Shown: positions 48,968-57,851 of the stretch, one piece after another
Layout: every line of letters starts with the position of its first letter
How positions within the stretch are numbered: the stretch's first letter is position 1
Origin: Candidatus Zhuqueibacterota bacterium
GTDB taxonomy: Bacteria > Zhuqueibacterota > Zhuqueibacteria > Thermofontimicrobiales > Thermofontimicrobiaceae
Assembly (NCBI GenBank): GCA_049322915.1
Contig: JBMOPW010000014.1
Span: forward strand, 376,983-440,982
Reading direction: 5' to 3'
Length of the DNA: 64,000 nt
Notes under the pieces: generated by a model
What the model saw: only the letters and a program-made list of their open reading frames with translations
Databases searched by the model: none
What the model was told of the DNA's origin: nothing
Translations under genes and position numbers: made by a program

Positions 48968-49003
48968 GTGATGAGAGAATATCGGGCCAACCTCGCTCTA
49001 TAA
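48968..49003 (+). promoter_or_regulatory. Putative ECF-dependent promoter, copy B, upstream of the EPS operon
   Basis: GTGatGAGAGAAT-N15-CTCTATAA. Confidence 0.65.
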
Positions 49004-49120
49004 CATTAGGCGAAAGTTACAGCCCTATGCTGAAATCCCGACTCAGCCAGGCTGGGAATTGAATGGGGCAGAATTATGTTCGATATTTCAGGGAAACGCC
49101 GGATAGAGAATGAGTCGACT

Positions 49121-49900
49121 ATGAATAAAATGAGCCTGCAGGTGATACTGTTCGTCGCAGTTCACGGATTCGTTTTGATGAACTGTCAGCCATATTATCC
49201 TGCAATACCAGATACAGATAGTCCCGGCAAAGTCGGACCGGCGCGTGCGTCGATCAAGCTACCGGTCGCCCAGAAGGCGTCGCCGGTGAAATCTGCCACA
49301 AAAAACGTACAGCCGGAGTACCAGATCGAAGTCGGCGATGTCATCGAAGTGAAATTTTTTTATCAGGATGATCTCAATGAAATTGTCACGGTTCGGCCGG
49401 ATGGGCGAATTACGCTGCAGCGCATCGGCGCGATTTACGCGTTGGGAATGACGCCGTCGCGGTTGCAGGAAATTGTGACGATCAAATACGCTGAGATCAT
49501 CAAGGAGCCGGAGGTGACCGTTTTCATTCGGAAATTCAGCGACTTACGAGTCTACGTCATGGGGGAAGTCAAGAATCCCGGCGGATTGATCTGGCAACCG
49601 AATCAGACCATTGCGCGAGCAGTGGCCGAGGCTGGTGGATTCAGCAAGGACGCCAAATATTCGAGCATCCTGTTACTGAGATTGGACCGCGACCATCTCC
49701 AGGCCATTCGGATCAATCTGAAGGAATTGCTCCGGGGAGGTAATCTGTCGCGCGATATCCGGCTGAAACCCAATGACGTCATTTTCGTCCCGTCCCGATT
49801 CATCACTCATGTGAAAGAGTTCGTGACGAATTTTTACGACGTCATTCTCCCGCCTCTGGATATGTATTATCGGGCAACGGTTCTTGACAGGATTTATTGA
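49121..49900 (+). CDS. Polysaccharide export lipoprotein (Wza/OPX family)
   Basis: YQIEVGDVIEV, VRPDGRITL, SLBB-like VYVMGEVKNPG, and a lipobox-like LMNC. Confidence 0.92.
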   Translation: MNKMSLQVILFVAVHGFVLMNCQPYYPAIPDTDSPGKVGPARASIKLPVAQKASPVKSATKNVQPEYQIEVGDVIEVKFFYQDDLNEIVTVRPDGRITLQRIGAIYALGMTPSRLQEIVTIKYAEIIKEPEVTVFIRKFSDLRVYVMGEVKNPGGLIWQPNQTIARAVAEAGGFSKDAKYSSILLLRLDRDHLQAIRINLKELLRGGNLSRDIRLKPNDVIFVPSRFITHVKEFVTNFYDVILPPLDMYYRATVLDRIY

Positions 49901-49909
49901 GGTGCAGGA

Positions 49910-50641
49910 ATGATTGATTTGCCGGAAAATGACAGGCGTTTTGTGAATGAGTTGCCGAGTCGGATGGAGCAGTTTCTGTCGCGGGCTGAGCAGTGGTCAG
50001 ACGCCAAAGACAGCCAGCGGCGATTGAAGCGAATATTGGATCTCTGCCTGGCCAGTCTGTTCATCGTGCTGCTGCTGCCGTTATTTCTGCTCATTGGCAT
50101 GTGCATCAAAGCCACGTCCCGCGGACCGATTTTGTTTCAGCAAACCCGGATTGGATTCCACGGTCGTAAGTTCACGATACTGAAATTTCGTACGATGCGC
50201 GCATCCACCCCGGGCAGCGATCATGAGCAACTCATCAGAAAATTGTTAGCCCCGGATAGTGGCGCGTCGCAGGACAGTGTGCAGGGATACAAAAAACAGA
50301 TTGACTCCCATGTCACCCAAATTGGTAAGTTACTGCGCAGAACAAGCCTGGATGAATTGCCGCAGCTTATCAATGTGCTCCGAGGCGATCTGAGTCTGGT
50401 AGGTCCGCGCCCGCATCCGGTGTATGAAGTGGAAAATTACAAAGACTGGTACCACGAGCGATTTCAGGTGATGCCGGGAATGACCGGATTGTCAAAACTG
50501 AAATTGCGTTGCACGCCGCAGAACTACGATGAGTCCATGCGTTTGGATCTGGAATATATTCGTACCTGGTCCATTGGCCTGGATGTAAAAATTTTGTTGC
50601 AGACAATTCTGCTGGTGCTGCGAATGAGTAGTGCGTATTAG
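49910..50641 (+). CDS. Priming sugar transferase (Bac_transf family)
   Basis: KRILD, KFRTM, SLDELPQLINVLRGDLSLVGPRP and PGMTG. Confidence 0.95.
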   Translation: MIDLPENDRRFVNELPSRMEQFLSRAEQWSDAKDSQRRLKRILDLCLASLFIVLLLPLFLLIGMCIKATSRGPILFQQTRIGFHGRKFTILKFRTMRASTPGSDHEQLIRKLLAPDSGASQDSVQGYKKQIDSHVTQIGKLLRRTSLDELPQLINVLRGDLSLVGPRPHPVYEVENYKDWYHERFQVMPGMTGLSKLKLRCTPQNYDESMRLDLEYIRTWSIGLDVKILLQTILLVLRMSSAY

Positions 50642-50673
50642 TCAGTCAATTCATATAGTTCAGGAGATTTCAC

Positions 50674-51672
50674 ATGTATTTTCGAGGAAAGAAAGTTCTG
50701 GTGACCGGGGGCGCCGGATTTATCGGCTCCAATCTGGTGGACCGACTTGTTGAAGAAAATGCAGAGGTAATGGTCTTGGATGACCTGTTCACAGGAAGAG
50801 TCGAGAACATCAAATATTTTCGAAACATCTCCTTTATTCATGGTTCGGTGACCAATGAAAGTCTGGTGTATCACCTCGTCAAGCAGGCAGACATTGTATT
50901 CAATCTCGCGGTGCGGAATATCATCGTCTCGCCGAAGCAGCCGGGCGAAGATTTTGCAGTCAATGCCATGGGGACTTTTCACATTTTGAATGCGGCGCTG
51001 AAGAGCCACGTGGAGCGTGTGGTGTACACATCATCCGCGTCCGTGTATGGAAATGCCCGGCATCTGCCGGTCTGCGAGGACGATATGCCCTCAATTTTAA
51101 CGCCGTACGCTGCCAGCAAAATGTCCGGGGAAAATTATTGCTCGGCTTACTACGAAATGTACAACCTGCCGGTCACGGTGCTGAGGTACTCGAATGCGTT
51201 TGGAATAAACCAGTCGCCGAGCAATCCCTATTGCGGCGTCGTTTCGAAATTTTTCAATGCGCTGATGAATAACCAGCCGTTGCGGATTTTTGGCGATGGC
51301 GTACAGACCCGGGACTTCACGTTTGTCGGCGACATTGTCGATGCAACACTGCTGGCGGCGCAATCGCCAAAGGCCATCGGTGAGGTGTTCAATGTAGCGA
51401 CCGGGATCGAAACCAGCATCCAGCAACTGGCCAGCCTGATTATGCGGGTGGTGCGAGAATTCCCTGAACCGGAGCATACTGAGAAGCGGGACATTGATAC
51501 CATTCGCCGGCGTGTTTTGAACGTGGAGAAAATCCGGCAGAAGTTACACTGGAGTCCGGCCACGTCCCTGTTCGAAGGATTGAAAAAAACCTATGACTGG
51601 CTGTGCGAAATCCGCGACATCACCCAGGAAAATGTGGTGTTCAAAGATACGGTGAATAAACGGATTCAATGA
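50674..51672 (+). CDS. NAD-dependent nucleotide-sugar epimerase/dehydratase
   Basis: TGGAGFIGS, YAASK and GDGVQTRDF. Confidence 0.94.
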   Translation: MYFRGKKVLVTGGAGFIGSNLVDRLVEENAEVMVLDDLFTGRVENIKYFRNISFIHGSVTNESLVYHLVKQADIVFNLAVRNIIVSPKQPGEDFAVNAMGTFHILNAALKSHVERVVYTSSASVYGNARHLPVCEDDMPSILTPYAASKMSGENYCSAYYEMYNLPVTVLRYSNAFGINQSPSNPYCGVVSKFFNALMNNQPLRIFGDGVQTRDFTFVGDIVDATLLAAQSPKAIGEVFNVATGIETSIQQLASLIMRVVREFPEPEHTEKRDIDTIRRRVLNVEKIRQKLHWSPATSLFEGLKKTYDWLCEIRDITQENVVFKDTVNKRIQ

Positions 51673-51766
51673 TCGTAATGCGCTGCCACCTCGGACTTAG
51701 CGCGACCGAACCCAAATTCAGTGAGCGGCAATTTGAACTGAAAGAAATGAAACACATGAGGATACC

Positions 51767-53068
51767 ATGAATCACGTCGCATTTTTGAAAGACCGATTGG
51801 ACTGGCAACGGCGCAGCCATGTCAGCCATCGCATGATGAGCATTTTGAAACGATACGGTATCGGCGATCAGCGCATGATGCTGGCTATTTTCAGGTACCT
51901 GAAATTAGTGACGAAGTATGGAGCTGTTCCGACCTTTCCTGTGACCGCCCAGGTGGTGGCCCGGCACAGCGAGGCCATTCGCCGATTCCAGGGAATGGGG
52001 GCTGAGTTTGCAATTCACGGCTATACGCATGTCGATTATACCATGCTATCGCCGGCCGATGTGACTGAGCATTTAAGCAAAGCTGTGGAAACGTTTGTTA
52101 CCCACGGCATTCACTACAGTGGCTTTCGTTTTCCCTATTTGAAACGCAATCCCGGCCTGTTCAGCCGGTTGAGCCAATTTGGTTTTTGCTGGGACAGCAG
52201 CGACACTGCGGATTTCGACCCTGTGCCGCAGCGTCTTTTTCCTGAGAAGGATTGGCAATGCTACGAGTTCATGCGTCGGGATTATGGTCGGACGCACATG
52301 CTTACCCGTTCCCCGCTGCCTGTTTTGAAGGACAATGTGCTGGAAATCCCGGTCGCTCTGCCGGATGATGATTTGCTGGTGGACCGGCTGCTTGTCGAAG
52401 ACGTCTCGTTCATTGCAGCGTGCTGGAAAAAGATGCTGCTCACATGCTTTGAGCATGGCGAGTTATTCGTGCTGCAGCTTCACCCGGAGCGGTTTTTCAT
52501 CTGCGAACCGGCGCTGGAAGTCCTGCTGGAAATGGCGTTTCGGGCGAAATCGAAAATCTGGTCAGCCAGTTTGCAGGCGATCCACGATTGGTGGCGCGAA
52601 AAAGAGACGTTCCGGGCAGTCGTGCAGAGCCTCTCCGGAACAAGGTATGCGGTGAAAATTCACTGCACCGACCGCGGGACGCTATTGATCAAAAATGCAC
52701 GTCGCCTGAATGCCGGCGAGCCGTTGTTTGAAAACTATTACCCGACAGGCGACAGGCAATTCGAAATGGAGTGCCTTGTGAAACCGGTGATTGGCCTCTC
52801 GGACAATTCTCCTGCGTGGTTGGTGGAGCACCTTCGCGAGTCCGGGTTCATCTTCGAAATGGCGCGGCCGGAGATGCAGTACGCCGTTGATTTGACAACA
52901 GATACCGGCAGCAATTCGCTGACAATTCAGAAATTGGATCAGCGCATTCAGCAATCGCCGCATCCGCTGCTGCGGTTCTGGCGCTGGCCCAATCAGGCCC
53001 GCTGCGCCCTTTCCATCACCGGCGATATCGATTGCCTCTCGTCCATGGATTTTTACAGCCGTTTATAG
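51767..53068 (+). CDS. Polysaccharide deacetylase family protein with C-terminal extension
   Basis: TFPVTA, EFAIHGYTH, GFRFPYL, DSS, EIPV and LHPE. The catalytic-loop-like ITGDID lies at the C-terminus. Confidence 0.82.
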   Translation: MNHVAFLKDRLDWQRRSHVSHRMMSILKRYGIGDQRMMLAIFRYLKLVTKYGAVPTFPVTAQVVARHSEAIRRFQGMGAEFAIHGYTHVDYTMLSPADVTEHLSKAVETFVTHGIHYSGFRFPYLKRNPGLFSRLSQFGFCWDSSDTADFDPVPQRLFPEKDWQCYEFMRRDYGRTHMLTRSPLPVLKDNVLEIPVALPDDDLLVDRLLVEDVSFIAACWKKMLLTCFEHGELFVLQLHPERFFICEPALEVLLEMAFRAKSKIWSASLQAIHDWWREKETFRAVVQSLSGTRYAVKIHCTDRGTLLIKNARRLNAGEPLFENYYPTGDRQFEMECLVKPVIGLSDNSPAWLVEHLRESGFIFEMARPEMQYAVDLTTDTGSNSLTIQKLDQRIQQSPHPLLRFWRWPNQARCALSITGDIDCLSSMDFYSRL

Positions 53069-53080
53069 GAGCGCTTTGTT

Positions 53081-54139
53081 GTGAGAGTTGAAATCATAAA
53101 TCCCCTCGAATCGCTTGCATGGGACCACTTTGTGGCTGAGCATCCGCTGGCGACCATTTACCATCTTTCGGCCTGGGCGCAGGTCCTGGACGCATCATTT
53201 CTGCACATCGCGCCGCGGTATTTTGTCCTGCGTAATGAGGCCGGCGGCATCGAGGCCGGTCTGCCGCTGTTTCTGGTGAAAAGCCGCATCCTCGGCAATC
53301 GGCTGGTCTCCATTCCATTCACGCCCCACTGCGATCCACTGGTGCAGGCACACGAGCAGTGGAAGGAATTGACAACTGCCGCAATCGAGTATCTGCGCGA
53401 CATTCGAGGCAATGCACTGGAACTGCGGATGCTCGCCTGTCCTGACTTCGCAGGCAGCCGCCGCTGGAGCAGCGACACCACGTATCGGACGTACGAGCTT
53501 GAATTGACCGATCGCCCGGAATCGCTCTGGCAGAATTTTCACAGGGATTGTGTGCAGCGCGCGGTGAAAAAAGCAATGAAGCGCGAGGTGCGTCTTGTCT
53601 GGGGCGAGTCGGTGCGCGACCTGCACACATTCTGCGAGCTCCTGGTCTCGACCCGGCGCGCGCATGGTTTTCCGCCGCAGCCGTTTCGGTTCTTCCAAAA
53701 TATGTGGCATGAATTATATCCTCTCGGCAAAATTGCCCTGGCTCTGGCAGTCGTTCAAAAGCGGGTGATTGGCGGCGTGCTGCTGCTCAAACATCGGGAT
53801 CGGGTTCAATACGAATTTGTCGCCTCGGATAAACGCGGATTGGAAATGCGGCCCAACCACTTCCTTGTCTGGGAGTCCATTCAAATGGCGTGCCGCGAGG
53901 GATATCGCGTATTCGATTTCGGAAAGACGCCGGACGACAATCCCGGGCTCGTTCAATTCAAAGAGCGCTGGGGCGCGGTCGCCAGGCCTCTGCTGTATTG
54001 TCGCTATTCAACCCATGAACAGGAATCGGCATTTTCCAATAAGCGGCCGGCCTATCGCTGGCTGCAAAAGTATTTTCGTCACGCGCCAGCGCCGCTGTCC
54101 AAATGGAGCGGCGCGCTGGTGTATCGTCATATCGGATGA
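53081..54139 (+). CDS. FemAB-like GNAT family protein
   Basis: WDHFV ... ATIYH ... W, RLVSIPF, RPNHFLVWE and FDFGKT ... GLVQFKERWG. Confidence 0.88.
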   Translation: MRVEIINPLESLAWDHFVAEHPLATIYHLSAWAQVLDASFLHIAPRYFVLRNEAGGIEAGLPLFLVKSRILGNRLVSIPFTPHCDPLVQAHEQWKELTTAAIEYLRDIRGNALELRMLACPDFAGSRRWSSDTTYRTYELELTDRPESLWQNFHRDCVQRAVKKAMKREVRLVWGESVRDLHTFCELLVSTRRAHGFPPQPFRFFQNMWHELYPLGKIALALAVVQKRVIGGVLLLKHRDRVQYEFVASDKRGLEMRPNHFLVWESIQMACREGYRVFDFGKTPDDNPGLVQFKERWGAVARPLLYCRYSTHEQESAFSNKRPAYRWLQKYFRHAPAPLSKWSGALVYRHIG

Positions 54140-54145
54140 GGAATT

Positions 54146-55351
54146 ATGGACCAGTTCAAAACGAATCGGGGAGAAAAATCGCTGCGCGCCGGGACTGGCG
54201 CCCTTGTCTGCGGTGGGCATTTTCAGGGATTGGGGGTCATTCGAAGTCTGGGACGAAAAGGCATCCCGGTAACGCTGATTGACAACGAGATGAGCATCGG
54301 CCGATTCTCCCGCTATCTTTCGGATTTCCACCGCTGTCCGGATGTGCGGGATGAATCCGAATTCCTTCAGTTCCTGATTGATCTGGCGCTGAAGGCTGGC
54401 AAAAAAGGCTGGGTGATTTTCCCGACGGACGACGAAACCGTGTACGTGCTGTCGCGATTCAGGGAGGAATTATCGCCCCATTTTCGCATCACCATCCCCG
54501 GCTGGGAGGTGATCCGCTACACGTACGAGAAAAAGAATACCTATCAGCTCGCCCAATCCATGGGAATCCCGATCCCGAAGACATGGTACCCCGGGGATGA
54601 GAGCGCGCTGGCTTCATTGCCGCTGAATTTCCCTGTGCTGTTAAAACCGTCCGTTGTGAAAAAATTTTTCAATGTGAGAAAGAAAAAAGCGTTCATTGCC
54701 CGGAATTCCGAACAGCTCTCGGTCATGTATCGCGAGATGGCCGCGGTGATTCCCGCGGATGAAATTCTGGTGCAGGAAATGATCCCCGGCGGGCCGGAGC
54801 ATTTGTACTCCTTCTGCCCGTTGGTGAATAATGGAAAAATCGCAGCCCAGGTGACGGCGCGCCGGTCGCGTCAGCATCCCATGGACTTGGGGCACGCCAG
54901 CACATTTGTGGAGACGATTCATATTCCGGAACTGGAGGCGACCAGCGCCCGATTGCTGAATCGCATCGGCTACGAAGGACTGGCGGAAGTGGAATACAAA
55001 TTCGATCCAACGACCGGCGAATACAAGCTGCTGGACATCAATACGCGCGTCTGGGGATGGCATACGCTGGCCATTCGCGCCGGCGTGGATCTGCCGTATC
55101 TGCTGTTTCAGACCATGCTCGGCGAACCGGTGACTGCGCCGGACTTTCAGGACGGGGTGCGCTGGATTCGGTTGATGACCGATGTGCCCACGGTCTTTTT
55201 TGAAATAATCAAAAGCCGGATGCAGATGAGCGTCTATCTCAAAACGCTGAGGCGTCCGATGGAATTTGCAGTGCTTTCCAAGGACGATATCCTGCCTTGC
55301 CTGGCTGAACTCGTGCTGTTGCCTTATCTTTATTACAAGAGGGGATTTTGA
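54146..55351 (+). CDS. ATP-grasp carboxylate-amine ligase (D-aspartate ligase-like)
   Basis: GLGVIRSLG, PTDD, PVLLKP, QEMIPG and EVEYKFD ... LLDINTR. Confidence 0.88.
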   Translation: MDQFKTNRGEKSLRAGTGALVCGGHFQGLGVIRSLGRKGIPVTLIDNEMSIGRFSRYLSDFHRCPDVRDESEFLQFLIDLALKAGKKGWVIFPTDDETVYVLSRFREELSPHFRITIPGWEVIRYTYEKKNTYQLAQSMGIPIPKTWYPGDESALASLPLNFPVLLKPSVVKKFFNVRKKKAFIARNSEQLSVMYREMAAVIPADEILVQEMIPGGPEHLYSFCPLVNNGKIAAQVTARRSRQHPMDLGHASTFVETIHIPELEATSARLLNRIGYEGLAEVEYKFDPTTGEYKLLDINTRVWGWHTLAIRAGVDLPYLLFQTMLGEPVTAPDFQDGVRWIRLMTDVPTVFFEIIKSRMQMSVYLKTLRRPMEFAVLSKDDILPCLAELVLLPYLYYKRGF

Positions 55352-55352
55352 A

Positions 55353-56219
55353 ATGACTGTTTATCTTTTTGGCATGAGCATCTCGACCGCCGCGCTGCTC
55401 GTCATTCCGCTTGGCCTTGTCTGGCAATTCACAGGCCGGCACATCCGGCGGCTGCTGCTGGCCGAAACGCTGATCACTGCCGCGTTGCTGCTGAGCATTC
55501 ATCCCGGAGGGAGCGGCACAGGCCGATTGGAATTGGCGCTGATTGCCCTGTGTTCCAATGGACTGCTTACAGCGTTGATACTGGCGGTCATGTTTTTTCG
55601 GGATCCGGAACGGGATATCCCAAGTGTTTCCGGGGCCATTCTCTCTCCGGCAGATGGGCGGGTGGTTTACGTCAAAAGAATCATTGGCGGCGAAATACCG
55701 ATTGCAGTCAAAAAAGACTGTTCCATGAAGTTGACAGAATTTGCCGACGCGGAATTCCTGACCGAAGGCGGCTATCTCGTGGGCATTGGCATGAGCGTGA
55801 TGAATGTGCACGTCAATCGCGCGCCCATCGCTGGTGTCATTGCGCTGATTCGGCGACGGCCCGGCAAATTCCTGTCATTGAAAACGGACGAGGCGCTGCG
55901 GGAAAATGAGCGCGTCACCACGATCATCGACAATGGCGATATGAGGGTGGGCGTCATCCAGATCGCGTCGCGGCTGGTGCGGCGAATCGTGTCCTATCTG
56001 CCTGAAGGCAGTGATGTTGCGGCCGGCGCGCGCATCGGCAGAATCCGATTCGGGTCCCAGGTCGATGTGGTGATACCGCAACGGGAAGGTTTGAAAGTGA
56101 ATGTAACGCCAGGTCAGGAGGTGCAGGCCGGCGCCTCGATTCTGGCGATGGCTGAGATGAAAGCGCACGTGGAACGGAAATCTGAAAAAATGGTGGCTGA
56201 GGCATGTTGTCGAACCTGA
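55353..56219 (+). CDS. Phosphatidylserine decarboxylase family proenzyme with extended membrane N-terminus
   Basis: FFRDPER, SPADGRV, NVHVNRAP, NER, QIAS ... RRI and the RFGSQVD autocleavage motif. Confidence 0.88.
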   Translation: MTVYLFGMSISTAALLVIPLGLVWQFTGRHIRRLLLAETLITAALLLSIHPGGSGTGRLELALIALCSNGLLTALILAVMFFRDPERDIPSVSGAILSPADGRVVYVKRIIGGEIPIAVKKDCSMKLTEFADAEFLTEGGYLVGIGMSVMNVHVNRAPIAGVIALIRRRPGKFLSLKTDEALRENERVTTIIDNGDMRVGVIQIASRLVRRIVSYLPEGSDVAAGARIGRIRFGSQVDVVIPQREGLKVNVTPGQEVQAGASILAMAEMKAHVERKSEKMVAEACCRT

Positions 56220-57544
56220 AATTGAATCGAAGGAAATTCATTCAAAGCGTGGGAGTGCTGCTGGGCGGGCTCACCACAGCCGGGCTGGAGTTCAAAGTCC
56301 AGCCAGGTGTGCAGAAATTGAATTTGTTTTTGAAGCGCGCGAAAAAGCCCTGCGCCGACCGGACTCCTTCGCATATTTTTGTGGCGCGCGGCCGGACGCC
56401 GGAGCAAAATATCGCCTGTGTCATCGACATGATGGGAGGCATCGGGAAAATCATCGGCAAAGACGACATCGTCATTTTAAAACCAAATGCCCAGTGGAGA
56501 GGCCACGGCGGCAGCAATACCGACGCCATCAAAGGGTTTATCGACCTGGTGCTGGGCATGGCCGGATTCCGGGGAGAAATTATCATCGCTGAAAATCATC
56601 ATGCTGCCGAGGATGACAGCCTGGGCTGGACGACGACTCAGCGCAACGGGCAATTCAATCTGAACGAACTGGTGCGCTATTTTAACGACAAAGGCTTTCG
56701 GAACGTGAGCAAATATCACTGGCACGACGCCGGTCCCAATCCGTACCCGCTGCAATTCCCCGGCGGTTATGGAAAGATTGTCGCCGGCCCGGATGAAGGG
56801 GACGGCTATGTCTGGACCAACGAGGTGTACGAATGGGAAGGACGGCGCAGCAAAATGACCTATCCCATTTTCACGTCAACCTACAGCAAGAAGACCATCG
56901 ATCTGAAGCATGGCGTCTGGAGGAACCGCGACTTCACCGGCCAGCCGGTGAAGCTGATCAATTTTTCCACATTGAATCACCACTCGAAGATATTCGGCGT
57001 GACAGCGTCCATCAAAAACTATCTGGGAATTGTGGACATGACCTGCGGTGTGCATGGCACAGAACCGGTCGGGTATTATAATTTTCATTACGTCGGTCTG
57101 GGCTGGTCAAAAGATCACAGTGTCGGTCGGTTTCTGGAAGCGAATCTGACGCGGCCGTCGATGCAGCAGTTCAAATTCATGATGAAAGCGATCCGCTATT
57201 TCGGCCCCGGCAACGGCGCCACTGGCGGCGCAGTCGGGCGCTTTATGCAGACCATTCGCAAGGCCGATTTGAATATCATTGCCGCGGAATACGTCGGCTA
57301 CGAAGGCCGATTGGAGCCGCCGATTCGAACGAGGACAGTGCTGGCGTCAATCGACCCGGTGGCGCTGGACTATTACGCGGCGAAACATGTGTTGCTTCCG
57401 CTGGGCGGCAGCAAGGCGAAATTTAACGATCCGGATTGGAAGGAAGGACCGTTCCGCAAGTTCCTGGAGCGGTGCCAGGGCGAGGGAGTTGGTACGTTAT
57501 GCGAAGAGGACATGATTGTGCTGGAGGAGAGTGTCGCAGTGTGA
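56204..57544 (+). CDS. DUF362 family protein with Tat signal
   Basis: NRRKFI, ILKPN, GVTASIKNYLG and ASIDPVALD. Confidence 0.82.
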   Translation: MLSNLKLNRRKFIQSVGVLLGGLTTAGLEFKVQPGVQKLNLFLKRAKKPCADRTPSHIFVARGRTPEQNIACVIDMMGGIGKIIGKDDIVILKPNAQWRGHGGSNTDAIKGFIDLVLGMAGFRGEIIIAENHHAAEDDSLGWTTTQRNGQFNLNELVRYFNDKGFRNVSKYHWHDAGPNPYPLQFPGGYGKIVAGPDEGDGYVWTNEVYEWEGRRSKMTYPIFTSTYSKKTIDLKHGVWRNRDFTGQPVKLINFSTLNHHSKIFGVTASIKNYLGIVDMTCGVHGTEPVGYYNFHYVGLGWSKDHSVGRFLEANLTRPSMQQFKFMMKAIRYFGPGNGATGGAVGRFMQTIRKADLNIIAAEYVGYEGRLEPPIRTRTVLASIDPVALDYYAAKHVLLPLGGSKAKFNDPDWKEGPFRKFLERCQGEGVGTLCEEDMIVLEESVAV

Positions 57545-57851
57545 CATTTGACTGGCAGAGAAATGCGGCGCCTGTTGAACATCCCTGGTAACGTGGATTT
57601 CCCCGGGTGATTTTGTGCGGAAGCAATGGTCGATTTCAAACGGAGAAGGATGAGAAAACTTTGGCTGTTGGGAAGCCGAAATACTTACCCTGATTCTCGG
57701 TCTTCTCCGCTCTTATGCCATTGTGAAATTATTGCAATCATGCCCGGTTTCGGGGCGATTGATGAGAGTGCGGCGCAGTATTTCGGCTCTTATTTAAAAA
57801 AGCAGAGGATGTAAATAGGGCGTTATTGAATTGATAAAGAAAGGCAGATGC

